DNA of 63,022 nucleotides, filler included, from Reticulomyxa filosa (lineage: Eukaryota; Protista; Foraminifera): the NCBI GenBank assembly GCA_000512085.1. It is 13 parts of 13 records of this genome, joined end to end, with 100 filler letters (N's around TTAATTAATTAA, not from the genome) between each part and the next. Parts side by side here need not be neighbours in the genome. Positions count along the whole stretch, not along the records: positions 1 to 4,222 come from ASPP01004555.1; positions 4,323 to 7,080 come from ASPP01001253.1; positions 7,181 to 10,015 come from ASPP01010882.1; positions 10,116 to 11,698 come from ASPP01025356.1; positions 11,799 to 13,646 come from ASPP01025531.1; 8 more parts are not named here. One strand, written 5' to 3'. The notes below the pieces were generated by a model. That model was not told where the DNA came from. It saw only the letters and a list, made by a program, of their open reading frames with translations, and did no database searches. The position numbers were made by a program, and so were the translations under genes. This document shows positions 1 to 12,705 of the stretch, piece by piece (within the stretch, counting starts at the first letter, position 1; each line of letters opens with the position of its first letter).

Positions 1-13
1 AAAAAAAAAAAAG

Positions 14-1745
14 AACTTAACATTACAGTCTTGGACAACATTTGCAAGATGGCTGGTGAAGTTTTGTTTGTCGGCATTAAACGTTTGGACTTTGTGCGAA
101 CGTACAATTGGATATCGCTTGGATTTGACATTGAGATGACTAAACGACACACTTGCTGCGACAATATATAGCATTGATTGCTGATCTACGTTCGCGCCAA
201 TGTGATACATGCAATATTTGATTGATAATAATGTATTCAGTTCTATGCTCGACCCTGATCGTTTACGTAATTTGTAATCTTTATTCGATGGTGTCTTGCT
301 TGCAATCATTTCTACTTCACCACTTGACAACATATTGCTGTTTCGTTTTTTTTTTAAGAAAATTCATTTTTCACAAAATTAATAATATATACAATCACTT
401 ACATTAGTATCTCTTGATATACGTAAACCTCCCTTTTTTTTCATAAACATTTTTTTTTATTAAATATTTCTATCACTGTTATATACCTGCAAATCAACGC
501 TTTGAATATCGATTCATAAGATGTCGAAGATATACTCAAAGTTGATTTGAGTATATTTGTGGTCGGTGCTTTGATGTATGAATTCTTCTTGGACTGCATT
601 GTATTGATCATAGATGTGCTTTGGAGAAGACGTATACATTCGTGTTCTAAGTGCATCGACCCCTTATTTGAAATTTGCACTACCGATATAGTTGTTATGT
701 TATTGTAGACCTCTGCACATTGCACACATTTCCACTTTTTCGGTTTCACAACGTTGTTGAAATATTGATTGATCGACATATCACACGATGTCATTAATAT
801 GACCATGTTTTTCAAATATATTTGTCCGTTTGTTAAGTCTACACTCGAATTGCTTTTATTCACGTTTGACACCATCACGATCTCATTTAATACATGCAGT
901 ACCATCAATACAATTACATACACCAACGATGAGTTCATATTGCTGTTGGAGTCTAAGAGTTCCCACTCAATCTTTTCTCGTCCGTTTGCCCCCTCTCTTA
1001 TAGGGAATATTGAAACTGAAGGACACCAAATCGATAATGAAGCCACTTTAAGATAGAAAAACAAATAAAGTTTGTGGCAACGAATATATTTATAAAATTT
1101 TAAATGGATCTCAAATGATTTATAGAAGTGCCTAATTTGTTGTGAATGCAATTTGTTCTATGACAGTAACAATAGCTCAATGCAGAAAAAGAATTGAGCG
1201 TTTCTTATTTCAAAATTCTTTTCACTTAAAACGTTAATCGTAATCTCCAAAAAAAAAAGTTAAATAAAAAAAAGACGGCTAGTGAATACCCAGCAAGTGT
1301 TTCAGAGCTGCCAGATATGCAAAAATGCTTACAGACTATCGCTCGTTATTTTCAACGCACAAAATTTTCATCATTGGATCAGCATTGTTGCATTCAGCCG
1401 AACGTCCTAACATTGTTGAGTTTGTGTGTTTGTGTATTGTATGAGTCGCAATCGTTTTACACTTTGTTTTGTTTTTTTGATTGAGTGAGAAAAGGAATAA
1501 TCTCAAAAAAAAATTGATTGGTTGCCTTTTTATAGAAAAGCAACAAAATGTGAAACTCTCCAAAAAAAGATATCTGCACAACTCCGGTCCCTTGTAAATA
1601 TGCTTATTGCCTTCCCGCTCGTTTTAACAGAACTGCCATTTGAGGTCGTTATCTTGTGAAGGCGGACAGATCCAACCGAGGAATAAGTGTGGTATTGCAG
1701 CTGGGCCACGATGAATGGGTCGAACATGTTGAAACGTAGGTTCAT
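14..1745 (-). CDS. Multi-exon hypothetical protein (partial; ends uncertain)
   Basis: Open minus-strand blocks at about 14-210 (MYHIGANVDQQSMLYIVAASVSF...), 441-1050 and 1530-1745, separated by AT-rich intron-like segments; no family recognised. Confidence 0.4.
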
Positions 1746-3361
1746 AGCAAGTGAGGAGGCTGTTTGTCAAACGAGTTGGTCCACTCGCATACACTCATGT
1801 TTCAATCCGCCCTGTACGTTAAAAAAAACATTTGTGGATATCTCAAGTTTCAATGCTTTGGAAGAAAGACGTGTTCACGTTTTCGGCAGCAAATGTACAG
1901 CATTTTGTGCAAGAAGATCTTTGTTCATGATTTGACAATGTTCTCAAAACGACATGATAATATCAATTTGTTCTTGAAATGAACAGAAGGTATCATGATC
2001 TTAGTTTTTTTTTAATTTTAGAAGTTTCGCACTTATCCAAATGTGCAAAAAACTTTATTAAAATTTTTATTATTAATAATATCTTCAAAATAAAATTTAC
2101 TTTAGAAATGATTGCATTTGCTTTATTCTAAAGTATTAACGAATATATTTCTAAAAAGGCCTAATTCCTTTTTTGTTTTCTTATCTTTCATGTTGTTACG
2201 TAAGTTAAAACTTAGAAGAGATGCTATGGCTTTTGATATAAAAGTGAAAGAATAATCAAATTACATGGTATACTGTCTGACGAGACATGTTTTTAAAAGA
2301 AATAAGCAGTCTTTTCCCTTTGTTGCATTCCTCTTTGGCTCTCCATATAATTCAAATCAATCAATCACTACGAAGATTGCAAGAGCATGATATTCAAAAG
2401 CAAGAACTGGTGTGCATATGCCACAAATCTTTGCAAATGTGAATATTAATTTATGGATAACTATGAATTGATAGCCTCATAGCTTTTTTCAAAAAAGAAA
2501 GATAATTGTTTGGATCAAAAAGTATATTTTAATGAATATTCACTGGTTGTGCATTATTCTGAAGTAAATGACTATGCGTTGCTGTACAAAAAAATTAAAA
2601 GAAAATTCGACGTGAAATGGTCCAAAAATAAAATATTGATACGTAATGAAAGAGGACGTGATTAAATTATTAAAAAAGTAAAATAATTTACTTTGTTTTT
2701 TTGACAACAACATTACCCTTCACTTAAGATTACCTGGGAATAAGAATTTTGTAAATTAATAACGATATGAATCAAACTATACAAATTTTCAAGTCATTTG
2801 AAACTGGTTATATAATATTGAAATTACACAACAATTCAAATTAAATAAACTCTAAAAAGAAAAAACGACTTCCAAAAAAAATTAAGAAATCAAATCATGG
2901 ATGATCAAACAAAAACTTTCTGAAATTCAAGTTTCTCTAATCTTCTTGCACTAAATGGCGTATAAAAACAATATCAAATTTTTTTAAGCTATACAACAAT
3001 AAACTACTTATTAATCATGTCTTTTGCATAACTCTCACTGCAATTTTATGTTAATATTTTTCATAAAATCAATATCAATTTTTGAAATGAAAGAAGAAAG
3101 GTGATTAAATTTGACTTATTTGGAAGATATCAGTAAACAAAATTAAAAAAATTTATTTTGTTTTTTCAACAACTCAAAATTATCTGGGAATAAGAGTTGT
3201 ATCATTACCAGACATAAGATCGATGCAATTACTTGAGGCAAATGAAAACTTTGTTGAAGTAAATGTTGCAGATGTCTGAAAAAAAATTACACTGGTGTGA
3301 AAGAATTAAAGGGAAATGACTTGAACAAATTACATTTGTTCGTCAAAAAAAAGGTATAACT

Positions 3362-4216
3362 TCAAAAAAGAGAGGAAAAGGAAGGAATCAACTGAAAATC
3401 AAACACATGATTATCAAAATAAAATCGAACCCATTTCTGGTCAATTTCTTTGATACTTTGAATAAGTTTGGGAAATTTATATTGATAAAATTGACGAAAT
3501 TGGGCTCGCTCATATAAATTAAGATATAATTCAAAATAAATTTGATTGACCGATTCATCACGACCATAAAATGCCTCATTTTGAATGGCATGAATCTTTG
3601 CTTTTGCAACAAGAGTTTGTGCCATTGCCATTCCATTATATATTTCTTCATATTCTACTTTCAATTGTTTTGAAGAAATTTGTGTTGTTACATTTGATAT
3701 ATTTAACGCGTTTCCACCTTTTACTCTGTTCTCATTTCCGTTATACTTGGATTTTTCTTCATTAATGATGGTATTGTAATTAGTTTTATTAAATACAAAA
3801 CTTTTGTATTTCTGATTACGAAACCATTCATAAACAACATTACCCAAACGAATTCGATATCCAAAATTGTGACTTCTCATATAACAATTTTCTGCATCTT
3901 TTTGAATTGGACGATATGGCCAACTTTTTACTATTAATGATACATTTCCCTCACGAGGAGGATTATTACCGCTACAATATAAGTGCATCATACTCTCATT
4001 AATATCACTATCTTTCAATGTTGTTGCATTCTTAATGTATTCCTTCAACCATTCTTTGTTTTTATCAATATCTAGACCATTTGATTTGAAATAAGCAACT
4101 AAATAAGGTTGAATCAATTCACCATTCTTTGGATGAGGTGTATTGGATGGAACTGTGTCCATCCATCGATTATCCACCCGCACTAAAATAAAATCAAATT
4201 TTTTACACAAACTCAA
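3362..4216 (-). CDS. Lineage-specific hypothetical protein (5' truncated by contig end), member of a multicopy family
   Basis: 284-aa intronless ORF; a degenerate paralog (YRIRLGDIVYQWFRN) lies at 7535-7820. Confidence 0.7.
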   Translation of the reverse strand: MSLCKKFDFILVRVDNRWMDTVPSNTPHPKNGELIQPYLVAYFKSNGLDIDKNKEWLKEYIKNATTLKDSDINESMMHLYCSGNNPPREGNVSLIVKSWPYRPIQKDAENCYMRSHNFGYRIRLGNVVYEWFRNQKYKSFVFNKTNYNTIINEEKSKYNGNENRVKGGNALNISNVTTQISSKQLKVEYEEIYNGMAMAQTLVAKAKIHAIQNEAFYGRDESVNQIYFELYLNLYERAQFRQFYQYKFPKLIQSIKEIDQKWVRFYFDNHVFDFQLIPSFSSLF

Positions 4217-4222
4217 ATAAAT

Positions 4223-4322
4223 NNNNNNNNNNNNNNNNNNNNNNNNNNNNNNNNNNNNNNNNNNNNTTAATTAATTAANNNNNNNNNNNNNNNNNNNNNN
4301 NNNNNNNNNNNNNNNNNNNNNN
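4223..4322. other. Artificial contig linker (N44-TTAATTAATTAA-N44); identical linkers at 7081, 10016, 11699, 13647, 14747, 23990, 27038, 28553, 31604, 34194, 61619
   Basis: Identical 100-nt N-padded spacer containing stops in all six frames, seen 12 times. Confidence 0.99.
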
Positions 4323-4329
4323 TTAATAT

Positions 4330-4732
4330 CTACTAAAAATTTTCAATTGGATTTAAATCCGGTGAATTTAGAAGAAAATTAATTGTTTTTATTTTTTTGT
4401 TTTAACTATTTCATAATTTTTTCGATTTATGTCATGTTGCATTATATTGCAGGAAAATATATCGAAAATTGTTTAAAAAAAGATTGTCAAATTTCATGAC
4501 TACGAGAAAACACTATTGTCAACTTTTTAAAAGAAATTTTACCAAATCAAATGAAAGATTAAAATTTTTGAAAAAATTATAAAGACTTAATAAAAAACCA
4601 AAATGATATTTAAAACTACATTATTCGTAGATATTCTTAAAAAATTTTGATTAAATGTTGTTTTTTCATGGAGAAACACAATAATCTCTATAAGGTGGCA
4701 TTTAGGTGACAACTTTCTTTTTTATCCTACTG
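4330..4732 (-). mobile_element. Tc1-like transposon remnant: catalytic-domain fragment plus terminal repeat
   Basis: Minus strand encodes IFLQYNAT*HKS...NSPDLNPIEN; ends ...CCTACTG|TA at 4732; 4550-4732 nearly identical to 14847-15007 and 47093-47281. Confidence 0.85.
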
Positions 4733-5086
4733 TATTTATTGCCTCTGGAATTCTAAATATGAAGGCTTTCAATCTTGTCAAAGTACACTTTGATTTTACT
4801 TTAACTGAAGAAACGGACAGTTAACATGATATTCGAACAGCAATGATCTTTTAAAAATGATCCGTAGTTTGCTTTTATCTCACACCCTATTTTTGTGAAA
4901 AGTCCTCCAAATAACGTTACGCTTTAAAAATGAACAAAAAATCAATATGGATTTTGTTTTTGTCCTTTCTTTGGTGTTGATCATTTTAAGCAGACATACA
5001 AATTTTTTTAAAAAAAGTTGTATAAAATTTTTGAAGCCACAGTAAAACTAAAAAAAGAAAATTTTATAAAAATCATATATTTATAA

Positions 5087-5929
5087 ATGTTTCGTCTAAA
5101 ATACTCGTCATTCACAGTAACATCAAATGACTGTTTTTGCATCCAAGTTGATCTATCTTCATTGTCGCCATCAAGAATTTGACCACAACAATTAACAACT
5201 AACAATAAAAACTGTAGCGTCGGTTTCGAAAGAACAAACAAATGCAAGGGATGTTGCCATGGAATAAATGGAAGCCTAGTTCGTATCGTGAAGCAATTTA
5301 CAAATATGTGAACGAACAAGATTACAAAATGCTTCGAAAGCATATCCCATCAAAAGGCAACAATTTGGAAGTGTCTACGCGTCCATCCGTGGACATACCA
5401 AAGAATGACGAGCCGACGGAGAAATATCATGAATTAGTACAAAAATACGGAAACATAGACGAGTATGACATCCCAAAAGAAAGCAGTCAAACAATGCCAA
5501 CTACAGGTGATATCGATGAGCCAATGCACACATATTCATATGAGGAAAATCCAAGTTACGCCTCCTTTCAGCCACAGCTGTGGACGAAGTATGCCTACAA
5601 AACATTCATCATCGACCGAACTAAGTCGGGCAACTTACCCGTTTACTATCATTTCCAACCAAACACTCGAACCTATATTACCGAAGTTCGATTAATCAGG
5701 GGGTCCATACAAGTAGGTTTTTTTTTTAAAGTCCTCTTCTTCGCTATCAATATTGTTTTAACTTTGCTTCAATCTCAAGTTATTTTTTTGGAAATAGGAC
5801 TTTTGTCAATGTCTACAAGCCTATCTTGGAAAAGATGCTGACGTCGTCTTGCATGCTGGAAGTGTTACTGTTCATGGGAAGGCACACCTTGAAAAAGTAA
5901 AGAAATTTATTATTAAAATGGGATTTTGA
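5087..5929 (+). CDS. MRPL49: Mitochondrial ribosomal protein mL49/Img2-like
   Basis: RTKSGNLPVY...TEVRLIRGSI motif; intron 5713-5797; last exon ends KKFIIKMGF*; MFRLKYSS presequence-like start (first exon tentative). Confidence 0.8.
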
Positions 5930-6495
5930 TTTTAACACATTTTAACTTATCTTTTTTAAAAAAATCAAGATTAAGGAATCGAATACAAATTAAACAAACA
6001 CAAACTATAACCTTGGACAATATGTCAATTTTCAAATTATTTTCTTTCAACAAAACAGGAAAATACTTACAAAATATACTGCTGACTGGATGACAGTCGC
6101 ACTTTGAATAGTCAAAAATTTTCCATTTTTCTCACGATTAATCCGGTTGGAACCTGAAATTTTTCGAATTTTTGTGCTTTTTCTCACAATATGTATTTTT
6201 CAGTCAGAAGACATGAAAAAAACGTGCGATTTTGAAGAGCACTTTTTTCAGAAAATTATACCAATGAGATGATACAACATTTTTGTTTGTTCTCAAATCT
6301 CTCCTTTTTAAAAAAAAGCTCACCATACCTCTAAGCAGTGTCTATCCCAGGCAAGTTTGAGGGTTTGTAACATTCGGAGGTCGAATTGGTGCAATAATAA
6401 TACGTGGACACTATATCTGTAAGTGACAGTCCTCCCTTCCTTTAAAATCAAAGTAGCAGAAGCAAATTGGTCTCAATCGTTTGCAAAAAAAAAAG

Positions 6496-6960
6496 ATGGC
6501 AACAGACCCACGGATACAAAACAAGGGCCTATCCAACAAGCTGCGTTTCCCACTATTTCGGCGATCAGTGCACCAACCAAGCGAGGAAATAGGCGACACA
6601 TACATGAGCGGCAATAAGAACAGCAGCCAAAGCAAGAACAGTAACCCAACAAATGGGAACAAAGAGGGAACAACGGTGAGCAAGAAAGAAAAGCAGCTAG
6701 GAAGCGGGAGCAAAGACGGAACATCGTGTCACAACATGAAGCGATCCAACAGCGCCGACCTGACGAGCAGCGGAAGCGGAAGTGGGAGTTGGCAGAGCGT
6801 GTCTTCCAACTCACAGTCCTCGCGCTCCTCCGCCGCCTCTGTCCAGCTCTTCGGTGGCGCCATGTCGCACAGTCGTGAGCGAGTCCCGATGAAGATCACA
6901 CAAGATTTTATCGCAAAAAAGTGGCAACTTGATACTATTCCTCAATGTTGGTCAATTCAA
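6496..6960 (+). CDS. 5' exon of a Ser-rich hypothetical protein (truncated by gap)
   Basis: Locally GC-richer ORF MATDPRIQ...; followed by an intron-like T/A tract and the contig end. Confidence 0.55.
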
Positions 6961-7404
6961 CCTATGGATTTTTTTTTTTTTTTTTTGGGAAGGGAGGAAA
7001 ATTTTGCATGTGTTAACAAACCAAAAAAAAAAAAAAGGGGGGAGGGAGAAATTTCGGTGTTTTGATTTTTTTCTTTTTTTNNNNNNNNNNNNNNNNNNNN
7101 NNNNNNNNNNNNNNNNNNNNNNNNTTAATTAATTAANNNNNNNNNNNNNNNNNNNNNNNNNNNNNNNNNNNNNNNNNNNNAAAAAAAAAAAAATAACTTG
7201 TTTGATCTAATTGAAAGAACAAATCTTAAAAAAATTTTTGCAATCTTTCATACATTTTTTTCTCCAAAAATATATATTCAATATTATTTCATCAAAATAC
7301 GGGATTATCAATTAAATATACCTGTTTGTTATGTATGATATTTCATCATTTAATAATTATGCATGCGCGCTTTATTAGATAGTAAAATAATTGTCATTAT
7401 CTGA

Positions 7405-7520
7405 TAAAAATTCAAAGGACATTCTGGTTGTGTAAAAGTATCGGAAAAAGATTTTCATTCTATAAATGTGTGGGATATTTCTCCAAATGGAAATACAATT
7501 GTATCAGATCCTACAGATTG
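7405..7520 (+). pseudogene. WD40 repeat fragment
   Basis: KFKGHSGCVK...INVWDISPNGNTIVSDPTD*; resembles the 14244-14746 WD40. Confidence 0.55.
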
Positions 7521-7534
7521 AATTTTTTTTTAAA

Positions 7535-7820
7535 GATGCAAGAAGTGAGCAAAGTCACATTGTCACTTATCGTATTCGTTTAGGTGATATCGTGTATCAA
7601 TGGTTTCGTAATCGAGAACGCATGTGTTTTCAATAAAACTAATCACAATGTAGTCATTAATGAAAAACAAAAATACTGTGAAGATACAAAATGAAAGATG
7701 ATTAAACCAAATACATTGAATGAATTCCAGTCACTCAGAATTGATGAAATTACTTTCGAAAAAACTGAGAGTTCCATATGAAAAACAAGCCTTGTTGTAA
7801 AAGCAAATATTATTCTAGCA
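7535..7820 (+). pseudogene. Degenerate paralog of the 3362-4216 protein
   Basis: SHIVTYRIRLGDIVYQWFRN / VFNKTNHNVVINEKQKY / SKKLRVPYE / SLVVKANI match the 284-aa ORF in order, with frameshifts and stops. Confidence 0.8.
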
Positions 7821-7879
7821 GTATTAAATACAGATTTTTGACAGACGCTTGTCGTACTCTTTCATCACAAAACCTTCCA

Positions 7880-8237
7880 AATAAAACTTTTAATGATAAC
7901 TTAATACCAGTATGTTCTTTACCAGATTGGATATACCATAAACGAATGGTATTGCCACCAAATTCAGAACATAAATATCGATCACCACTAAATTGTGAGA
8001 ACTCAATGCATAAACAATATTAGACATTGATGTGTTTATTGAATAATTTCAGTTGTTCATTATTTTTGATATCACAAAAACGAATGATCTCCTGGATTAA
8101 TAACAAATGATATTATGATAATGATATTTTAAAATTTCACACAATATATAGAACTTGAATATCCATTGATTGAATTTGCTTGTTAGTTTCAACATTCCAT
8201 ACACTAACTCTTTCATCCTCTGATCCTAAACAAACAT
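7880..8237 (-). pseudogene. WD40 repeat pseudogene
   Basis: CLGSEDERVSVWNVETNKQIQS...EFSQFSGDRYLCSEFGGNTIRLW with frameshifts and stops. Confidence 0.75.
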
Positions 8238-8279
8238 CAATTCCCTCATTGAAACACATGTTCACCAAAGTTCAATATC

Positions 8280-9290
8280 TTCACTAACTCGCTCCTATGT
8301 TCATTTGTCAATGATGGACGACACATACTTTGATAACAAGTTCGTGTCTTTTACTCACCGAATCTAGGAAACTCCACAAACTTCACATATGACAAAACTA
8401 GAGGTATCACATCACGGAACATTGCATACGCATCATTATGACTTTTTTTTTTGATTGGCTTGAAAAAATATATAAATATAAATACAAACATATAAATACA
8501 TATTTATATGTTTGTATTTATCTAAACGAGCATTGATTCGCCAAAAGAGATGCCAAAATCGTTGTTTATATAGTCTTAATTGAACTTGGCAATCTTGTGA
8601 CAAAAATTGTTTTTTAAACGCAGCCATTTGCTTTTGCTTGGTAAAATATGCTTTATTATATTGATTGAAGTGATAGCGAATCCAATTAAAATACGCATTT
8701 TTGAACAGTTCAAATGTCACCCAAATCAATACTAGTTTGTGAATTGTCTTCGAAGATCTCTGATCGGTCCTGTAAGGGAGTTTTTAATGCTGAATATCGT
8801 TCTTCCAACAGTACAAACGGTACAAAATAATGATAATGTGAATACATTGCTGGCGACACGCACCAGTTGAAAACTTCGGAGTGGAAATAATTTTGGATAT
8901 AATGTTGGCAATAACTTTACATTATGTATCATATGTAGATTTTTTCTATGATCTTCGTAGTCCACAATTAGCAAACACAAATCCAATTGATGTATGTCCA
9001 ATATTGCCTCTCTCAACCTTTTTGCCCTTTGTGGAATACATAACCTGCTGTCAAAAAATATATCCACATCTTCCTTGTTATGTCCTGTTTGTAGTGATAA
9101 CGACCAGTGTTCTAAATTTTTTAGTTGCTTTTGCAAGGCCAACATAGCCTTAAAATATTATTATATTATTTTTAAGTTAGCCCCAAAGTTTTGGAGTTTT
9201 AGTTGTCATGCTCTTGCTTGTCGGCGATTGTATACTGCTTGACGCTACCAAAAGGTATACGAGTACAAGAATTGCTGTTGTCTGCAGGCA
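8280..9290 (-). pseudogene. Disrupted hypothetical gene
   Basis: Adjacent same-frame ORFs 8732-9145 and 8436-8729 separated by a stop; family not recognised. Confidence 0.4.
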
Positions 9291-9757
9291 AAAAAAAACC
9301 CTCTCCCCCTAAACAGCACGGACCGTAAAAAGTTTCCTTCTGTCAATTAAACTGATACAATCCAAAACAAAGCACTTGATGGTTGTGCCTTAAAAACATT
9401 CTCAAAAATTTGCTTGATGTCCCACATTTGAAAAAATGACCATAACCAATCTTATACATTTTTGCATCCACAAAAACAATCTTTTTGTTTAATTAATTAA
9501 ATCAGATAATCAGATACAACAACTCGTCAATTACAACATTGATATTATTCAAAGGGCGCAGATAAGAGCCTAAATTCTCATGACAAACAAAATATCCATG
9601 CTGCTTAATTATGTTTTGCTCTAAGCAATTACTTGAAAGAAGCCAAATCCAAAAAGTAAATACGTTTATTAAAATTAGAAAAATGTTAAAAATAAAAATA
9701 AAAATAAAAATAAAAATAAAAATAAAAATAAAAATAAAAAATAAAATTTAAAAAAAT

Positions 9758-10015
9758 TCAAATGAGTGCATTATAATCATCACTTTCATTATCATTTTGA
9801 TTTTGATCTTTATCAATATTATTTAAAAAAGAAGAAGGAGAAGATTGATTATTAGAAGATAAAATAATATATTGTGAATTAATATCAGAGCGATATATAT
9901 AAAAAAAAGCAAAAGGAATAAGTGCAATAAAAGTAAAAAACATAAGTGCAGCTAATAAAAAATAAAAATATTCTAAATGTCCATTATCTAAATTATTAGT
10001 AATCCAAGGATGATC
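9758..10015 (-). CDS. POT/PTR (NPF) proton-dependent oligopeptide transporter, C-terminus
   Basis: PWITNNLDNGHLEYFYFLLAALM...FAFFYIY matches the last-TM motif of the family (WI.DNLN.GHLDYFY.LLA.L). Confidence 0.8.
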   Translation of the reverse strand, partial: DHPWITNNLDNGHLEYFYFLLAALMFFTFIALIPFAFFYIYRSDINSQYIILSSNNQSSPSSFLNNIDKDQNQNDNESDDYNALI

Positions 10016-10115
10016 NNNNNNNNNNNNNNNNNNNNNNNNNNNNNNNNNNNNNNNNNNNNTTAATTAATTAANNNNNNNNNNNNNNNNNNNNNNNNNNNNN
10101 NNNNNNNNNNNNNNN

Positions 10116-10368
10116 TAAGGCATCAAATGCTGGTGGAGTTGCGGTCAGTGGATTGGAAATGTCGCAAAACAGCCAACGAACGCAATGGACCCGCGAAGAA
10201 GTGGACAACAAGTTGCATGGAATCATGCAAAACATCTTCAATAATATTAGTAGCACTGCTGATGACTTGGGAAAAGCTGGTGATTATCAATTAGGTGCTA
10301 ATGCTGCTGGTTTCAAGAAAGTTGCTGATGCCATGTTCGAACAAGGAATGGGCATGCAAGAATTATAA
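10116..10368 (+). CDS. gdhA: NADP-dependent glutamate dehydrogenase, C-terminus
   Basis: KASNAGGVAVSGLEMSQNS...WTREEVD.KL..IM...GANAAGFKKVADAM.EQG. Confidence 0.95.
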
Positions 10369-10693
10369 AAGTAAAAACATCTTTTTGGTGTGAGTGGCTT
10401 GTGTGTTGTAAAGCTAATTTTATAATAATTAGTTTGTTTTATTCATCATTTCTACAATTAAAATCTCCACCAAAAATTTCTTCTCATCATGTCATAATTT
10501 GATAAAAGATGCAAACTTCTGAGGAAGATGTAAATAACACATATTTTGTAAGTAGAGCCTTTTTTATGAAAACTTACAATATATTTTGCCTGGATAATAT
10601 TTTTAATGGAAAATACTTAAGAAAATCTTTCAGGTTGGAATCTGTCAGCAATTTTTGAGATATTTGTTTTTTTTTAAGAGGTAAAACGGCAAC

Positions 10694-11580
10694 ATGGGAG
10701 AGACGATTAAGCATATATGGCCTTACAGCGTCATCCTCCCTGCGACTGTGATTGCAATGCTTTGTTGTTTCATCATCTTCACGTTGTTGATTTGCTTTCT
10801 AAAATTTTCTTGCAGTTCAAAAATTACGGATAGAAGCAAGCCAGATAAAGTATCATTAACGTATTCAACAATAGTTTTATGTGTTCAAATCCTAACTTGC
10901 CTCGTAATTTGTTTTGGATGGACAAGTTTAATATTTCCGCACTCATTTTTCACGCATAAGTTATTGCCGCGTGACGTTGCAGCTAGGATTGACATTATAT
11001 TTTCAGCAGAAAATGTTTGCATATTTATTGTCCATCGGGCGCTTGCGGACCATATTGAAAGGAACTTACGCAGGCACAAAAAAAAAAAAAATGGGAAAGT
11101 GATTTTTAAACATTTTTTTGGTCACATTATATTTGCATTTTTTTTATTATCCAAAAAAAAATATACATATGTGGTTCCATCGCAGGCTACTCTGGCACAG
11201 CATTTGCGATGTCAAGGCTTTTAGTATGTATCGTAGTGATATCTGAAGTCGTGTTAATATGGTTTTTGTATTCAAATATAATGGAATCAACGGTTGACCA
11301 TAACAATAGGTACCCAAATACGAAGGTATTATCATCAGATATCTCCGCGTGCTATTTCAGTGATAAGCACGTTGCGCTGCATATCTCTCGTCACTGGCCT
11401 ATTATTTATTGTCTGTTGGCAGACGTTCTGATAAGCATTGGCATTTTGTGGGTGTTTGTACAAAAATTGAAGGGATTTATTACAGAGAGTGAGCCCATGT
11501 CCGATCGAAGGCCGCATGACCATCATCCATCATTCACTTTTACAATGACACAAACCATAGCTCATCACCTGAACAAGATG
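10694..11580 (+). CDS. Multi-pass membrane (7TM/GPCR-like) protein, 3' truncated
   Basis: At least five hydrophobic helices across ORFs 10694 and 11209; TM5-like LLADVLISIGILWVFVQKLK. Confidence 0.55.
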
Positions 11581-11657
11581 AGTCTGAGTAGTTGCGATTT
11601 TGTTATTTATTTGCAAGTTTTTTTTTTTGTGTGATTCCCTCTCAACTTACGTTCATC

Positions 11658-11698
<41 letters not shown>

Positions 11699-12705
11699 NN
11701 NNNNNNNNNNNNNNNNNNNNNNNNNNNNNNNNNNNNNNNNNNTTAATTAATTAANNNNNNNNNNNNNNNNNNNNNNNNNNNNNNNNNNNNNNNNNNNNTT
11801 AAACTTGTTTGAATGCAAGCATTGAAAGATTCGTTTGTTATTTAAAAAAATTGAAAAGCTACATTCAATGTTTTTTAAAGAGTTGAAAAGCATAATAAAT
11901 AAGATTTGTATCAAATATCAAAATAAGTTACAAAATATTTTAAGTATTGCGTTTCATTCAATACTAATTTTTTAAATTTTTTTTGGAATGTTGTGGCTGT
12001 ATGCAAAGCGAATATATTCTTCATGATATCATATTCTATATCCATTTACATCACCCTGAAAACAAAGACGTTGAAAAAATATTATTTTAAGAATCCATTT
12101 GCATTCAATTCTTATGTTTTTGGCAACATGATATTTTTAATGAAGAAAAAAAAGGATAAATCAAAAAGCTTCATTCACATATATTCATCCCGAACATAAA
12201 TTGGGCCTTTGATTGAACTATTGTTATTTGATTTATTTTCATCATTTGTTTTACTTGTTCATTATCCGATTTTGATACAAAGTCAAGCCAGAATAAAAGT
12301 TTGACCACTTTATACAAAACAATTTAGTCACTGGAATTTACTATTAAATTATTCAAAAATATTTTTTTGCACTTTAACATGTTCGTTGCATTACATCTTC
12401 AGTCTAATTCAATTATATGTTAAAAACTATGTATCATGCATGCATATGAATTGAAAATAGTTTTTTTTAGTAAGAAAAAAAGAGACAGCAAATGCACAAT
12501 TATGTATTTTCTCTTTTCTCATTTTATCATATCATTGGATCTTCTTGAATTCTTTGTATGCTTACACTTATGCCACCTTCTTCGGTATGTCTAGGGTCAC
12601 TGATATTACCTTGTGTTCACGTGCGTTAAAAAAAATGAACGTTTTTTTTTACCGAAATGCATTTTGGCAGAAGAAAATGATCAAAAATGCATATTCTTCA
12701 AACTA

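Noticed and set aside
2280-2900. Possible decayed coding sequence
   Set aside because: Coding-like but too broken to assign a frame or family.
4267-4278. Recurrent TTAATTAATTAA palindrome as a biological repeat or telomere-like signal
   Set aside because: Always centred in identical N padding, so it is an assembly linker. Gene order across linkers is meaningless.
10116-10368. Bacterial-like gdhA as contamination or recent transfer
   Set aside because: NADP-GDH of this type is widespread in eukaryotes, and it shares a contig with an intron-containing gene.
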